Below are positions 1-18,748 of a DNA stretch of 64,000 bases, one piece after another; position 1 is the stretch's first letter; every line of letters starts with the position of its first letter. Origin of the DNA: the human T2T-CHM13v2.0 reference genome, Homo sapiens; the NCBI RefSeq assembly GCF_009914755.1, contig NC_060927.1; one strand, given 5' to 3'. A program made the position numbers and the translations under genes. Under the pieces are notes generated by a model. It made no database searches and had not been told where the DNA came from. It saw only the letters and a program-made list of their open reading frames with translations.

Positions 1-162
1 GTAAGTGCTTAGATAACATGGTAAAGGCATTAAATGTGTGGGTGGAAGACAGGAACAGAAACGTGTTCCAAATGACGGTGATCAGACTCAGTACTACCCA
101 TGGTTTCAGGCATCTACCTGGGGTCTTGGAATGTACCTCCCGCAGATAAGAGGGGACTCCTG
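1..162 (+). mobile_element. MER44-type (Tigger7-derived) DNA transposon, right end
   Basis: ggtttcaggcatc..ggggtcttgga..cgcagataagaggggactcctg followed by TA matches the MER44/Tigger7 terminal inverted repeat. Confidence 0.8.
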
Positions 163-1387
163 TAGATAAAATGACGTTAATCAGCCAGGTTTCTCACTGA
201 AGAAAGGAAGTTACAAATAGAGAAAGAGATACAACTACAATAAACCCTGTGATAGTAGATTCCAATGAAAAATATCAATGTACTAGATAGAGAGAAACAA
301 TATAGATGTAAGTATGTGTGATTATAAGAATATATAAACATGTTTGCTAGTCTTCTTGTTTATACACCAATAGTAATGAGCACATCCAGTGCCCAAAGTT
401 TGGTTTCTAAATTCCCTTTCTCCCAATAAAAAGGTTTCCTTAGAGAGAGGACTGAGTACAGGCTGCGCCAAGAAAAGTATAATATAAGCTAGAACATCTT
501 CTTGTGCCATTAAGTAAAGAAATGCTCAAAGAATGTTGGGGACATATTACAAAAATATCAAAGCCAACTTTAAAGGGCTCTCACTGCCTAAATCTGTAAC
601 AATTTGAACATCAAAGTAAATAATGATAAGAAAGAACTATAACCATCAAATAAAATAAGGATTTATGAGTCCATAATGACTTCAGTAAATGAATAAATAA
701 ATAAGGAGAAGAGACAGGTTTTCCTTGCAGCAAAATGGCAACTAATTAATGTAGAAGGAGAGATAACATTAGAAAAGTCATCATTTGGCAACTATCAAAG
801 TAATAATTAATTTGGCCAAGAAACATCAATGTATACTAAAACTAGTGGGTGAAAAATTGATGAAGATGGTTTATTTATATCATCTCAAAGTATCTCTCAA
901 CAAAATAACCATTAATTACAAAGAGGAAAATAATAAATTTGCAATGGAGAAACCTGGCAGATACCATTTAATTAAGTAATATAAGTTAACATCACCAGTA
1001 ATAGGACAAATTGAAATTATGTACCATCTGAGAGGAAGCAGTGAAAACACAGCATCATGTTGTGATATTCCAGCCAAAAATGCATAACCTGAATTTAACC
1101 ATGAGGCAACATCAGAAAATTCAAACTGAAGGACATTCTATAAAATAACCAGAGTCAGAAGAGTCAAAGTCACAGAATTCAACTAAAAATTGAAGATTAA
1201 AGAGACATGGCAAACAAGAGCATTGTGTAATTCTGTATCTCTTTTCTATTAGAACATTATTGAGACAACTGGCAAAACACGAACGAGGTCTGACCATTAG
1301 TTGGGAGAAATGCATCAATATTAACTTCCTGGTTGCACAGTCCTTCATGTAGGAAAATGTCTTTGTCTTTCAGAAATACACAGTAGA

Positions 1388-2163
<776 letters not shown>

Positions 2164-2339
2164 TCATGATCATGGAGCTACATGTCGGCAACTTATTCTC
2201 AAGAAGTTCTAGAAAAAAAGTTATTTAAACTATTCTTACAACTTTTTTGTAAGTTTTAAATTACTTTCTAAAAAAGAGAGTGAGACATATGTATGAGATA
2301 ACATTGCTCACCTTATGATTAGAAAAATGTGCAAAATTT

Positions 2340-3570
2340 CCAGCGCATTCTATTGTCAAGGCTGCGAGGAATCAGTCACTGACACATTTCTGGTGCAAAT
2401 GTAAACTGGCACAATCTTTATGGAGAGAAATTTTGGCAATATTTTTCTAGCAAAAGTACATAAGCACTTATTTCTTAACCTAGCAATTTTACTTCTCAGA
2501 ATCTGTGCCGAAGATATACTGGCAAAAATATGAAAAGACATATGTACAAAGCTTTTTATTACAGCACTATTTGTAGTAGTAAAAAACTGAGAAATGTTTT
2601 TTCAATAGAGGATTGACTGAATAAACAATGGCTCCTCCACACAAGAGAGTACCATGCAGCTGAAATAATGAATGAAGAATATCTGTATATACTAAATGGT
2701 CCCTGGGAAACATAGTTACGTATGTAAAATATACGCAGCAGGAAATACAGTTAAATACGTTTGATATACCTCTATTCATCTAGAAAACAGCAGTATTAAT
2801 ATATATTGTATTTTGTATATGTAATATATAGCTATGAATATTATATATAATCTGTTTATATTTTTAAATGTAAGAATAAATAAAAACCAAAGTGATGATT
2901 ATAGAGAGAATGAAGACATAAGTCAGAAAGGAGAGGAATAGGAACCAGACTCCCTGGAATGTCTTCTGTCTTACAGATTTGACTTTCAAACCATGTAGAT
3001 ATTTTCTATATCTATACAAAATAATACAAATATAAGTTTGAAAAGCTAACACTAAAATCTAAAGCAAAAGGAGCAAAATAAACCTATCAAGTTGCTGGCA
3101 TAACCAACAGAAAACTATTTTGAGTGACTTTAATGAACAATGTATAATTTGACTGTACATTTCTAATGGGATGTTACAAACAGGAAAAAAAGAATTCTAA
3201 AACCATCTTAAATTGTTTTTAGGAATTACATTAATGCTGAGTGCATTAGTTTGTCACTCTGAGGTTATTATATACAATGGGATAAAGCAAAAGAGTAATC
3301 TCTTCCTGTCATTGAGAACCAGAACTTTGGGTATAGAGAAAAGAGAAACACAAGTACAATGAATAAAGTAAAGTAAAAAGCCCATAGTGCTAAACTTGAA
3401 TTGGAAATTATAAGGTCAGTATAACTATGAATTCTAAACTTGAATTGGAAGTTATGAGGTCAGTATGACCTCATAATGCATTTTATCTTAAAAAGTTATT
3501 TCCTAAGTATGTTTTCTAAAAAGACCTAGAAACAATGACTAACACCATTAAAATGAGTACTTGCAACATT
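2340..3570 (+). mobile_element. Degraded L1ME/L1MC fragments
   Basis: aatgtaaactggcacaatc..cctagcaattttacttct..tttattacagcactatttgtagtag are L1M ORF2-end and 3' UTR motifs. Confidence 0.55.
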
Positions 3571-3589
3571 CTTATTGAGGTTTATAAGC

Positions 3590-4471
3590 ACTGTATCTGG
3601 TACTGCTACTTCCCCGTCCATTTTTATGTATGGAGATGGCTTCTTTCTTTAAACCTCATAAGCCAAACTCTGCTAGCTTCAGACTTTTCTTCTGTAGTTT
3701 TCTTACCTCTCTCAGCCTTCGTAGAATTAAAGAGTTAGGGCCTGACTCTGGATTGGGCTTTGCCTTACAGAAATATGACTGGTTTGAGCTTCTATTCAGA
3801 CCACTACAACTTTCTCCGCATCCACAGTAATGTTGCTTCGCTTTTGATCATTTGTGTGTTCACTTCTGGAGAAGCGCTTTTAATTTCCTTCAAAAACTTT
3901 TCCTTTGCATTCACAACCTGGCTAACTGGTGCAAGAGTCCCAGCTTTCAGTGTATCTCAGCTTTCAACATGTCTTCCTCACTAAGCTTAATCATTTCTAG
4001 CTTTACTTGAAAATCAGAAACATGTAACTCTTCCTTTTGCTAGAACACTTAGAAACCAGGGTAGGGTTATTTATTGATCTAATTTTAATACTGTTGGGTC
4101 ACAGGGAGTAGGGAGGCCTGAGGAAAGAGAGAGAGAGAGACAGGAATGGCCAGTTGGTGAACATCTGACACCGATTAAGTTTGCTATCTTACATGAGCAT
4201 GGTTCATAGTGCCCCAAAACAATTATCATAGTAATATCAAATATCACTGATCACAGATTGCCTTAACAGATATAATCACAACGAAAAAGTCTTAAGTATT
4301 TCCAGAGTTATCAACACGTGACACAGAGATATGAAGACAGCACACGCTTTTAGAAAAATGGCACGGATAGACTTGCTCAATGTAGGACTGTCAGAAATCT
4401 TCAGTTGGAAAAAAAAATGCAGTATCTTTGAAGCACAATAAAGCAAGGGGCAATAAAACAAAGCGTGCTTG
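3590..4471 (-). mobile_element. Tigger1 5' portion with decayed transposase N-terminus
   Basis: Minus strand starts with a degraded CAGGCATACCTCGTTTTATTG terminus and encodes a KLEMIKLSEE..KEIKSA-like CENP-B HTH region. Confidence 0.88.
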
Positions 4472-4509
4472 CATATGTATCATAAGTATGTCTACACAGT
4501 ACTTGATTC

Positions 4510-5230
4510 TATTGAGGAAATTTGAACATTGCCTGTATAACTATTTTAAAATTATGAGGTTTTAAAAGATGTGACAAAGGAATTAAAAAGACTCTTTATA
4601 TTTTAGAGCTATATGCTGAAATATTTTCAAATAAAATATAATATCTGGGATAGTTCTAAAATAATCTAGGGTGGAGAGTTAATAGAACAGATGAAAAAAG
4701 ATTCATTAAGTTGATAATTATTTAATCTGTGTGATAGGTACGTGAGGATTTATTACAGTATTCTCTCTACAGTTGTATATGTTCAAAGTGTTTTATCATA
4801 AAAAATATGGACAAAAAATGACCAATTATATTTTTAAAAGGTAAAAATTCACTTCCAACCAAGAGAGAATAAAAAGGATGAGAATTATCTTCCCACTGGA
4901 AACAACCATATAAAATATATGAAACAATGGGTTATAGACACTGAACATCAAACAACGAAAGAGATGGGAAACAAATAAAGGTGTTCTACATTTGCCACGC
5001 TTACTGTCTTTAAAGAGTTTCCAAGCCACTATGCAGAGAAGGGAAACCAGACCAAGTCCAGATGACTACTGAGTTCAGAACACAAAGATGAGCATCGATG
5101 GAGATCTTGGCAGCTTGAGTTCATAGAGCAGAGTGCTGGGGAGGTAACTGTCCAGGGGAGAGCCACGAAGATCTGCCGAGGGTCTCTCCTTAGTGTGAAG
5201 CAAACTACTGATCAGCATGTTTCCATGATG
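4510..5230 (+). mobile_element. L1ME 3' end (4510-4806) followed by an old L1M 5' UTR fragment (~4848-5230)
   Basis: tttattacagtattctctctac..gtatatgttcaaagtg 3' end; cacttccaaccaagagagaata..agagtttccaagccact 5' UTR-like sequence. Confidence 0.55.
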
Positions 5231-5239
5231 GAACTACTA

Positions 5240-11113
<5,874 letters not shown>

Positions 11114-11285
11114 TAAAGTAGTTTTTAAGGTAAAAAAAAAAACTTAAGTTCCTCATCCCTTTGAACAAATGCCTAAGGAGAAATGAATATGAAGATGGGA
11201 ATAACAGCAGCAATCAGAAATACAAATTTAAATTCTTTTCTGATTCCATGTGAATAGCATATAGATCTAAAATAATGGAACTTAC

Positions 11286-11355
11286 CTTTTCTCCCACATA
11301 CAGAGACCGTAATGCTATTATGTGACTCGACGAGATGGTGGAGTTTTACAGATTG
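11286..11355 (-). CDS. ATP13A4: ATP13A4 coding exon 8 (70 nt, phase 0-1): QSVKLHHLVESHNSITVSVCGRK
   Basis: Long polypyrimidine acceptor ttttccatttttccttctttttcag|CAA and consensus donor AAG|gtaagt; the only open frame is the one continuing from exon 7. Confidence 0.94.
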
Positions 11356-11618
11356 CTGAAAAAGAAGGAAAAATGGAAAAGTCTTATCTATTTGAGCATA
11401 GTTTCTAGGTATTATTAAGGTGCTAGGCTTCTTTAAAGATAGAGCACTGTCTTACTGCCAGTTGAATGGAATGTACTGGCTAAAAACAAAGGACTAAGTA
11501 CTCATTATTTAATTGAAAAAGCATCCAACTTCTAGTGCTCTTCACCCAGCAATAAGTATGTTTTCTTCAGCAGAAAGGAATTTCCCAGCATGCTCTTTCC
11601 ACTCAGAAGAGTTTTTGA

Positions 11619-11663
11619 CACTGAACTCCAGCCTGGGCGACAGAACAAGACTCTGTCTCAAAA

Positions 11664-11706
<43 letters not shown>
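11619..11706 (+). mobile_element. Severely 5'-truncated Alu (last ~42 nt) with (AAAT)n tail
   Basis: cactgaactccagcctgggcgacagaacaagactctgtctc followed by (aaat)n. Confidence 0.88.
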
Positions 11707-12069
11707 GGAGTATGGTGGTTCCTGCTACTTCCTCATAATATTTGCTGTTCTAATACATGAAATATGTGGGATATTGAGAGTGAGTCAGTAACAGAAACAA
11801 ACAAAAAACACAATTATATTTGATTCCACATTATTAGGAAACTATTGTGTAAAAGACCTTCTACTTGATTCTGGGGGTTAAAAGTCCCAGTCATTTAGTG
11901 TGTTCATTTTGTCGTCCTGATTTTGTCATTTAAGATACTTCCTAAATTCCCTAGCTTCAAATTATTTGCGAATCTGATAAATATGTTCTAAAAATGATTA
12001 ACAGAATAAGCCAATGTCAAAAAGACAGGGTGTTCTGCTTTTGAGTAACTCATTCTTTTACCCATTTGT

Positions 12070-12420
12070 GCATTAATCAACAAACATTTATTGAGCAAAT
12101 TTTAATATTTCAGGAATAGAATGAACAAAAGAGATATGGTTCTTAACACCAAGAAATTTACAGCCTGCTGAGAAAAGTAGGTTTTAATCAAGTAACTACA
12201 TATATAAATGTATAATGACAATCAGGAATAAGAAGAAAAAATAAAGTACTTTTGGATCATTTATAGCAAAGGGAATCAATCAGGAGAAATCTCCCCTGAA
12301 GAAGTGACATTGAACCTAAGATCTGAGTAGGAGTTATTTAGCCAAGGGGTAAGGGCAAATCATGAAGATGAAAAAAAAATGGACAATTCCAGGTGACATA
12401 TCGAAATGTTCTGAGGTTCG
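12070..12420 (-). mobile_element. L2 3' fragment
   Basis: cattaatcaacaaacatttattgagc is the reverse complement of the L2 3' end. Confidence 0.6.
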
Positions 12421-12624
12421 AAAAAAAGACTATGTTTCAGGAAACAAAAAGCCTAGTGCATCTGGAAGGCAGAAAGCAAGGGAAATGCTGGGTGAATGAA
12501 GGCAGGAGAAATAAGTCAAAGCAAAAAAAGAGTATGTTTCAGGAAACAAAAAGCCTAGCGCATCTGGAAGGCAGAAAGCAAGGGAGATGCTGGGTGAATG
12601 AAGGCAGGAGAAATAAGTCAAAGC
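12421..12624. repeat. Tandem duplication, 2 x 102 bp
   Basis: 12421-12522 versus 12523-12624, three substitutions. Confidence 0.95.
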
Positions 12625-12702
12625 AGCAGTTACACGTACAGGTAGAGCAGCAGTTACACGTACAGGTGGAGCAGCAGTTACACGTACAGGTGGAGCAGCA
12701 GT
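12622..12702. repeat. Minisatellite, 3.4 x 24 bp (AGCAGCAGTTACACGTACAGGTRG)
   Basis: Direct reading; one mismatch among the copies. Confidence 0.95.
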
Positions 12703-13583
12703 CCTTAGAGAGTGGCCTGAGGATTCCTGGGGGTTTTTAGGAATGTCCCACAGGGGCTGAGCAGGTATACCCTTTTCATAATGGCACTAAGGTGTTAATT
12801 GCCTTTTAGCATCTTATTCTCGCACAAGTGTACAGTGGAGACGTCCAGAGGCTGAGTGGTGTTTAATATCACAAGAGACTAAATGCAGAAGCAGTTATGA
12901 AAATCCAATTGTCGGAAATAAAAAAAGAAATACGATTATCAAAGTATTAAAATCAATTGACATAGAAATTTTTTAAAAGACTGCCACAGTCTGAATGTGA
13001 CCCAAAATTCCTATGTTGAAATCCTAGCCCCCAAGATGATGATATTAGGAGAAGGGGCCTTTGAAAGGTGATTAGGTCATGAATAATTTCAGTGCCCTTA
13101 TAGAAGAGACCCAGGAGAGACGCCTTGTCTCTTTCACCATGTGAGGATGCAATAGGAAGGTACCATCTCTGAACCCAGAAGAGAGATCTCACCAGACACT
13201 GAATCTGCTGGTGTCTTGATCTTGAACTTTCCAGCCTCCATAACTAAAGAAATAAATTCTGTTGCTTATAAGCCAAAAAAAAAAAAGAAAATCCAATTGT
13301 CTTCTATTAAACCAAACATAAAAGAGATTGCAAAAATGTAAAATAATGCCATTCTCCTGCTAAATTATTTTTATTTCAGAAAATACAGTTGTCTTTAAAT
13401 ATATATGTATATATAAATATGTTATTATTATTTTAAATTAATTAATAAATATTTTATGATTCTGAGTTTTAATTCTTAATTTGGTAAATACCAAATGTTT
13501 AAAAGATTAAAAACTCTTAGAGATCCTCAGTGATTTTTAAGAGTTTAAAGAGCTCTAGAAACTAAAAAGTTTGTGAACCTCCA
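12699..13583. mobile_element. hAT-Charlie family DNA transposon, split by the 12914-13286 insertion
   Basis: aaatgcagaagcagttatgaaaatccaattgtc|ttctattaaaccaaacataaaagagattgcaaaaatgtaaa is Charlie-type sequence continuous across the insert; hAT-like termini. Confidence 0.7.
12914..13286 (+). pseudogene. L1-mobilised retrocopy: 68 bp unassigned sequence, MLT1A-type LTR (from 12982) up to its poly(A) site, then A12
   Basis: Perfect 15-bp TSD GAAAATCCAATTGTC at 12899-12913 and 13287-13301; AATAAA at 13251-13256; A12 at 13275-13286; the LTR U5 end is absent. Confidence 0.85.
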
Positions 13584-14837
13584 GGGAAAGCTTTAAAGTC
13601 TGCGATGAGATTTAGAAGTTTATTGTAAGACCAATGGGAATATTTTGAAGCATTTTAGTGATAAAAGCATGTAAATAATCATATTCTGCAAGAATGATGT
13701 ATGGAGGCCAGATGGGAGGTGATTGCAAGGTAGAAAATTATGCTAACTTGAACCGTAATAGTGGTAGGGTGGAAAACAGTGAAGGATGCCAGGGGATATT
13801 TAGGAAATAAAAATCAAAGGACTTTCTGTGTAGTTGAAGGGGAAGAAGAGAGAAAGTTTCAAGGTTGGCAACCAGATTTCTGGCTTGTGCAACAGAATGG
13901 TCAGCAGTATCTGCTACCACATCAGATAAACCTAAGTGCAGATTTGAGGAGAAGAGTTCTTGAGTTTTATGTCAAAAGTGTTGAATTTAAGGTAATTTTT
14001 TGATATTAAGGTGGGGATATCAAATAGGTTGTTGAAGCTATGAGTCTGCAACTGAAAAGAGGTATCTGGATTTGAGATACATATACAAATTTGAAAGCTA
14101 TTAGCATATGCCTTTAGAAGTCATTGGCATGTACAGCTATAAAAATAATGAAGAATCTTTTATGCACTTACATGAAAAGATCCTCAAGATATATTAATAG
14201 TAATTTTTTAAATAGCAAGTTAGAAAATAATGTAATTATGCTACCACTTACATAAGAAAAAAAGAAAGTACATATATTTGCTTCATTTGCCTAAAAACTT
14301 TTTTGGAAGATTACACAAGAAACTAATGTAAGCAGTCGGCCAAGTGGAGTGGGAAAGAAAAATGGAGCCTTTACATTAAATGCATTTTCATGTTGTTTTG
14401 ACTTTGGAACACTCATTTTTTAAAAGTCAGATAGAGAAGGATGAGCTATCAAAAGAGAACGGAAAAGAGCAACTGGAGAGGATGGAGAGTGTGTTGTCCC
14501 TGAAGCCAGGGAAAAGAGTGCTTCAGAAAGAATGGAGCAGTTAACCGTGTCAAATCCAACTGAGAGGTTTAGCGATATCGGTACTGGGGAAAAAAAAATA
14601 TCCACTGCAGGGGGACCATAACATTAGTAAGCAAAACACCAAGACCTAATAAAAATTAATAAAGGACTCAAACAGTTCCCAGTCAAAGAAATGCAAATGG
14701 CTTAAAGTGTGAAGAAATGCTCAACTCGTAATGGAAAACGTGATTAGAGTTACTGAATTCTATTTTCACTTATATTGGCAAAGATAAGAAAAACACTTAT
14801 CTACTGTTGTAAGGAATGTAAACTGGTATTACTTTTT

Positions 14838-14964
14838 TATATACATAGAGAGACGAGGTCTCACTATGTTGCTCAGGCTGGTTTGAACTGCTGGGTCTAA
14901 GCTATCCTGCCACTTCAGCCTCCCAAAATTCTGGGATTACAGGTGTGAGCCTCCACACCTGGCC
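14838..14964 (-). mobile_element. FLAM (free left Alu monomer)
   Basis: Single left monomer; TSD GTATTACTTTTT at 14826-14837 and 14966-14977. Confidence 0.85.
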
Positions 14965-15331
14965 AGTATTACTTTTTAAAGAGGCATTTTGACAATATGT
15001 TTAAAATAGTGTGCCTAGCTTATGACTAGGTAATTTCAATTGCAGAAATTTTCTATCTCTATATCAATACAGATATTTATAAGCATACATACTTGTTATA
15101 TACATATGTATAGGTATGTAATATGTGTGCATATGTATATGTATATATAGATGCATGAAAAGATATATGTGCAAGGATGTTCTTGCAGCATTGTCTTAGT
15201 AGCAAAAGACTAGAAACAACCAAATACATATCAACATTGGACTGGTTAAAAATTACGGTACATCTAGAGAAAATGTATTTGTGCAGATGCAGAAAGATAT
15301 TTAGGATATAATAGGTTCAAGTTCAAGTGGA

Positions 15332-15637
<306 letters not shown>

Positions 15638-17079
15638 TCAAGTGCAGAACAGTACACATAGAATATATTCATTCTGTTAAACAAATTAATGCATATGCAT
15701 TTAATATAACTAAAAGTATACAGAAAATATGGTCCTAGTGGATGTATCTTGAAACAGGACCTGAACACTGGGAAGTTTTCCCAGCGGGAGGGAGCCTTAA
15801 TTTTTATTCACACTCTTTTGTTCGGTTTGAATTTTATTTTTATCATAGCCATATATTGCCCTTTCTGTTAAGGAAAAAAACAGCTAATTTTAAAAGAACT
15901 TTTTAAATTTTAAAATGATCTATGGGCTTTGGGATCACAGTGGCAACCTTAACAAGATTTGTTTAAATGGAGTCATGAGGGAGGAAGACATGTCGGCATG
16001 AGTGAAAAGTAAGAGGAAGATGAGTAAGTAATGATAACAGACACAAAGACTCTAGAAGTTTTACTGTGAATGGAAGAAGAGTGATATAGTAGTAGCTGAA
16101 GGCAGAAGCACGGTCAAGAGAAGAAATTGTTTTGTTTGTTTGAGTTTTGTTTTTAAGTTGGGAGAACTTGAGAATGTTAAAAGTTGATGGGAAGGCTCTT
16201 GAGGAGAGAAGAGAGGAGTCATTCATGGACTGCACAAGCACCCCAGGAAGGTGGGAGTGGATGGTCTCTCAAGCACTGGCGAAGGGCACTTCCTTCACTG
16301 GAATGAGAGTTCAGGGAAGGAGGGGGCTGCGGAGATGAGTCATTTGGCACTCGGAAAGTGGGGAGTTGGGCAATTTTCTGTCTTATGGCTTCCATCTTTT
16401 TTTGTGAAATAGTGATATCTGCTGAATTAAAGAAAGAGTGGAATATGAGAAGATGGGCGTCTCAGACACCAGAGGACAGAGATGGCTTGAAACCTTAATT
16501 TCAGAGAACAGAAGAGCACCTTGATTAGAGATGAACAGAAGCCTTGTCCGGATGAGGTTGGCATTCACGGATTTATAGTGCAACCAACCAATCTGTTCTA
16601 TGTAATTTTTTTTTTCCAACAGTATCTAGAAACCTGGTGTAGGCATAAAGAAAGTCAGGAGTTGGACTGGGGCCTTGACAAATGAGTACCAGCCAAACAT
16701 AAACAGCAAAGGAGTTCATATTAAATAGACTCCTCCACCTTCCAGCTCTCTGCCACCATCCTCAAGTCCCATCAGTATTCTCTACATAAATTTTTTCACA
16801 TATTCACAATTCATAAACCTTTGGATGTTGTTCTGGCTAATTAGTCTTGAGTAAATTAAAGAGGGAGGAAAAATAACTACAAAGGTTAGGGATTGGAATG
16901 GGAGGAAAGGGAAAGGACTAAATTGTTGAACACTGGTTACTGTGCTAGGTATTTACAAACTTGCTCTCATTTACTACGGAGTAGGAAGTGACTATTTCCT
17001 GATTCTCCTTTCTAACAAATTTTTAATAAAGTCATTATCCTTCCCTTTATGAAACCATAGAATTAATAGAAAAACTCAC

Positions 17080-17214
17080 CTCTCTGAGATCATATACTGT
17101 CAAAGATATGGAAATTATGGACATGATTATGATGGCAAAAGCATATTCCTTATAGTCTTCACTAAACCACAAACAGACACTGAAGAGTTGAAATATATAA
17201 AATGGATTTAGAAC
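17080..17214 (-). CDS. ATP13A4: ATP13A4 coding exon 7 (135 nt, phase 0-0): VLNPFYIFQLFSVCLWFSEDYKEYAFAIIIMSIISISLTVYDLRE (TM1-TM2)
   Basis: Acceptor tgtctgccaacag|GTT and donor GAG|gtgagt; contained in ORF 17047..17244; NPFYxFQ motif of P5 ATPases. Confidence 0.96.
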
Positions 17215-17329
17215 CTGTTGGCAGACATAAAAACAGGAAGACAAGGGAGAGTTTTAGGCTTCACTCTGCTCTTCATTTACTTGTTTTCATAATCATCTTC
17301 ATGACATACATCATCCCACACAATATTCT

Positions 17330-17575
17330 TATTATATTTATTCGGCAATTGACACGTGCCAGACACCGCTCTAAGCAACTTTACTTGAATTTTCTCATTG
17401 AATTCCCACAGTTACCTTATTAACCAGAAGTTGTTACTTATCTCCTTTGTAATGATAAAGAAACTGAAACTTAGAGCTTGAGAAATACGTCCAAAGTCAT
17501 GCGACTATGATTGCCACAGACCCAAGACTTAAACACAGGCAATCTGACCCCAGAGCACTTACTTTTAATCACTGC
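17330..17575 (-). mobile_element. MIR
   Basis: gtgccagacaccgctctaagc..gaaactgaaacttagag..tctgaccccagagc. Confidence 0.75.
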
Positions 17576-18678
17576 CTCACTTTATAATTTACAAAGTAGT
17601 GTCTCATGTATTGACATGTCGGCCATCACAATAGTTATTTAAGGAGTAGATGTTGTCACCTCCTGTCTACATTTACTGGCCTTCAGAAAGGTGAAGTATT
17701 AGTTCAGGTTTATAAAGTTAAAATACTTTCTAGTCTCTTCTTCTCTATGATATAACACCTGCCATATTTGAAGTCATTAAGGAACTTGATTAATGGGTGA
17801 GTTGAAGACTGCATGTTCTCATAAGTAGAGAGCTGTGCTGAAAGCAGTAAGCTGTAATAGAGCATCTAGAACACTGTGCGAGAGAGTAGCTGTGAACTTC
17901 AACAGCTTTAATTCTGCTTTGGTCAAAAACATGCTGTGCCTTTACTTAAATTCCCCCTAGCTGGTTTCCCTCTCTCTAAAACAGGAATGGCAAACCTTTC
18001 TTCTGGTTAGAAAGGCAGCACACAGAAACATTCCCTATTGGTTTGTTTTACTTTCTTTCATGCTTGACGGCTTGTTGGAAATATTTTGAAAGTACCTGAA
18101 GTTTAGTAAGCTTGTTTTAAGGCAAGGAGGAGTCGAGAGAGAGCACAGGGAAGCCAGAGGACAGCTAGAGGGCTACGGTTTGATAATAATCGCTGTAAAG
18201 TGAAACAATGATGAGCTCAGTGATGGGGTCCAAAAGGAAAATTTCATCTTATACCTTGAGATCAGCAGTACTGAGAAGGCTGAATAAATGGTTTTTTTCT
18301 TCCTACAATTTTAGGCACCAAGGAAATTGTATCTGTTACCTAACAAAAGGATTAGCTTAAAAAAAATTGAGTTTCATGAAGTTAAAACAAGTTAAGCAGC
18401 ATAGTATTAAAAAAGAAAAGAAACATTATATTCATCCAGCCATTAAATGGTAAATAAGTACAATGAGTTTCACACCCTATATTGCATAAGGCAATGTGCA
18501 AAAGAACCACTTGAAGAAAAAGAGTAAGCAAGAGATATGAGGATAATATGCTTGGCATACTTTCAAAATATACTCTATGTGAAGTTACTTATTAACAATT
18601 AGCACTCCTGATTATTTCACTAGAGCCAAACTTCCTTATTTTCTGTCCAACACCAAGAGAAAATGCTGGAGAAATTAC

Positions 18679-18748
18679 CTCCTTGATGAGCAGTTTCCAA
18701 ATTGGTGTAACTTCAACATCGATAGTATTAGGCCCACATATTAACCTC
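18679..18748 (-). CDS. ATP13A4: ATP13A4 coding exon 6 (70 nt, phase 2-0): (R)RLICGPNTIDVEVTPIWKLLIKE
   Basis: Acceptor gatttctttctatag|GAG and donor GAG|gtaatt; GPN motif of P-type ATPases. Confidence 0.94.

Noticed and set aside
12622-12702. CRISPR-like look of the 24-bp repeats
   Set aside because: Head-to-tail copies with no unique spacers, in primate DNA with no cas genes.
12393-12740. 115-aa plus-strand ORF with internal repeats
   Set aside because: GTG start, antisense to ATP13A4, and its length comes from in-frame duplications; no family resemblance.
18208-18283. ATGATGA..CTGA resembling a C/D-box snoRNA (similar case at ~31564-31624)
   Set aside because: No terminal stem, and on the strand opposite the host transcript; expected by chance.
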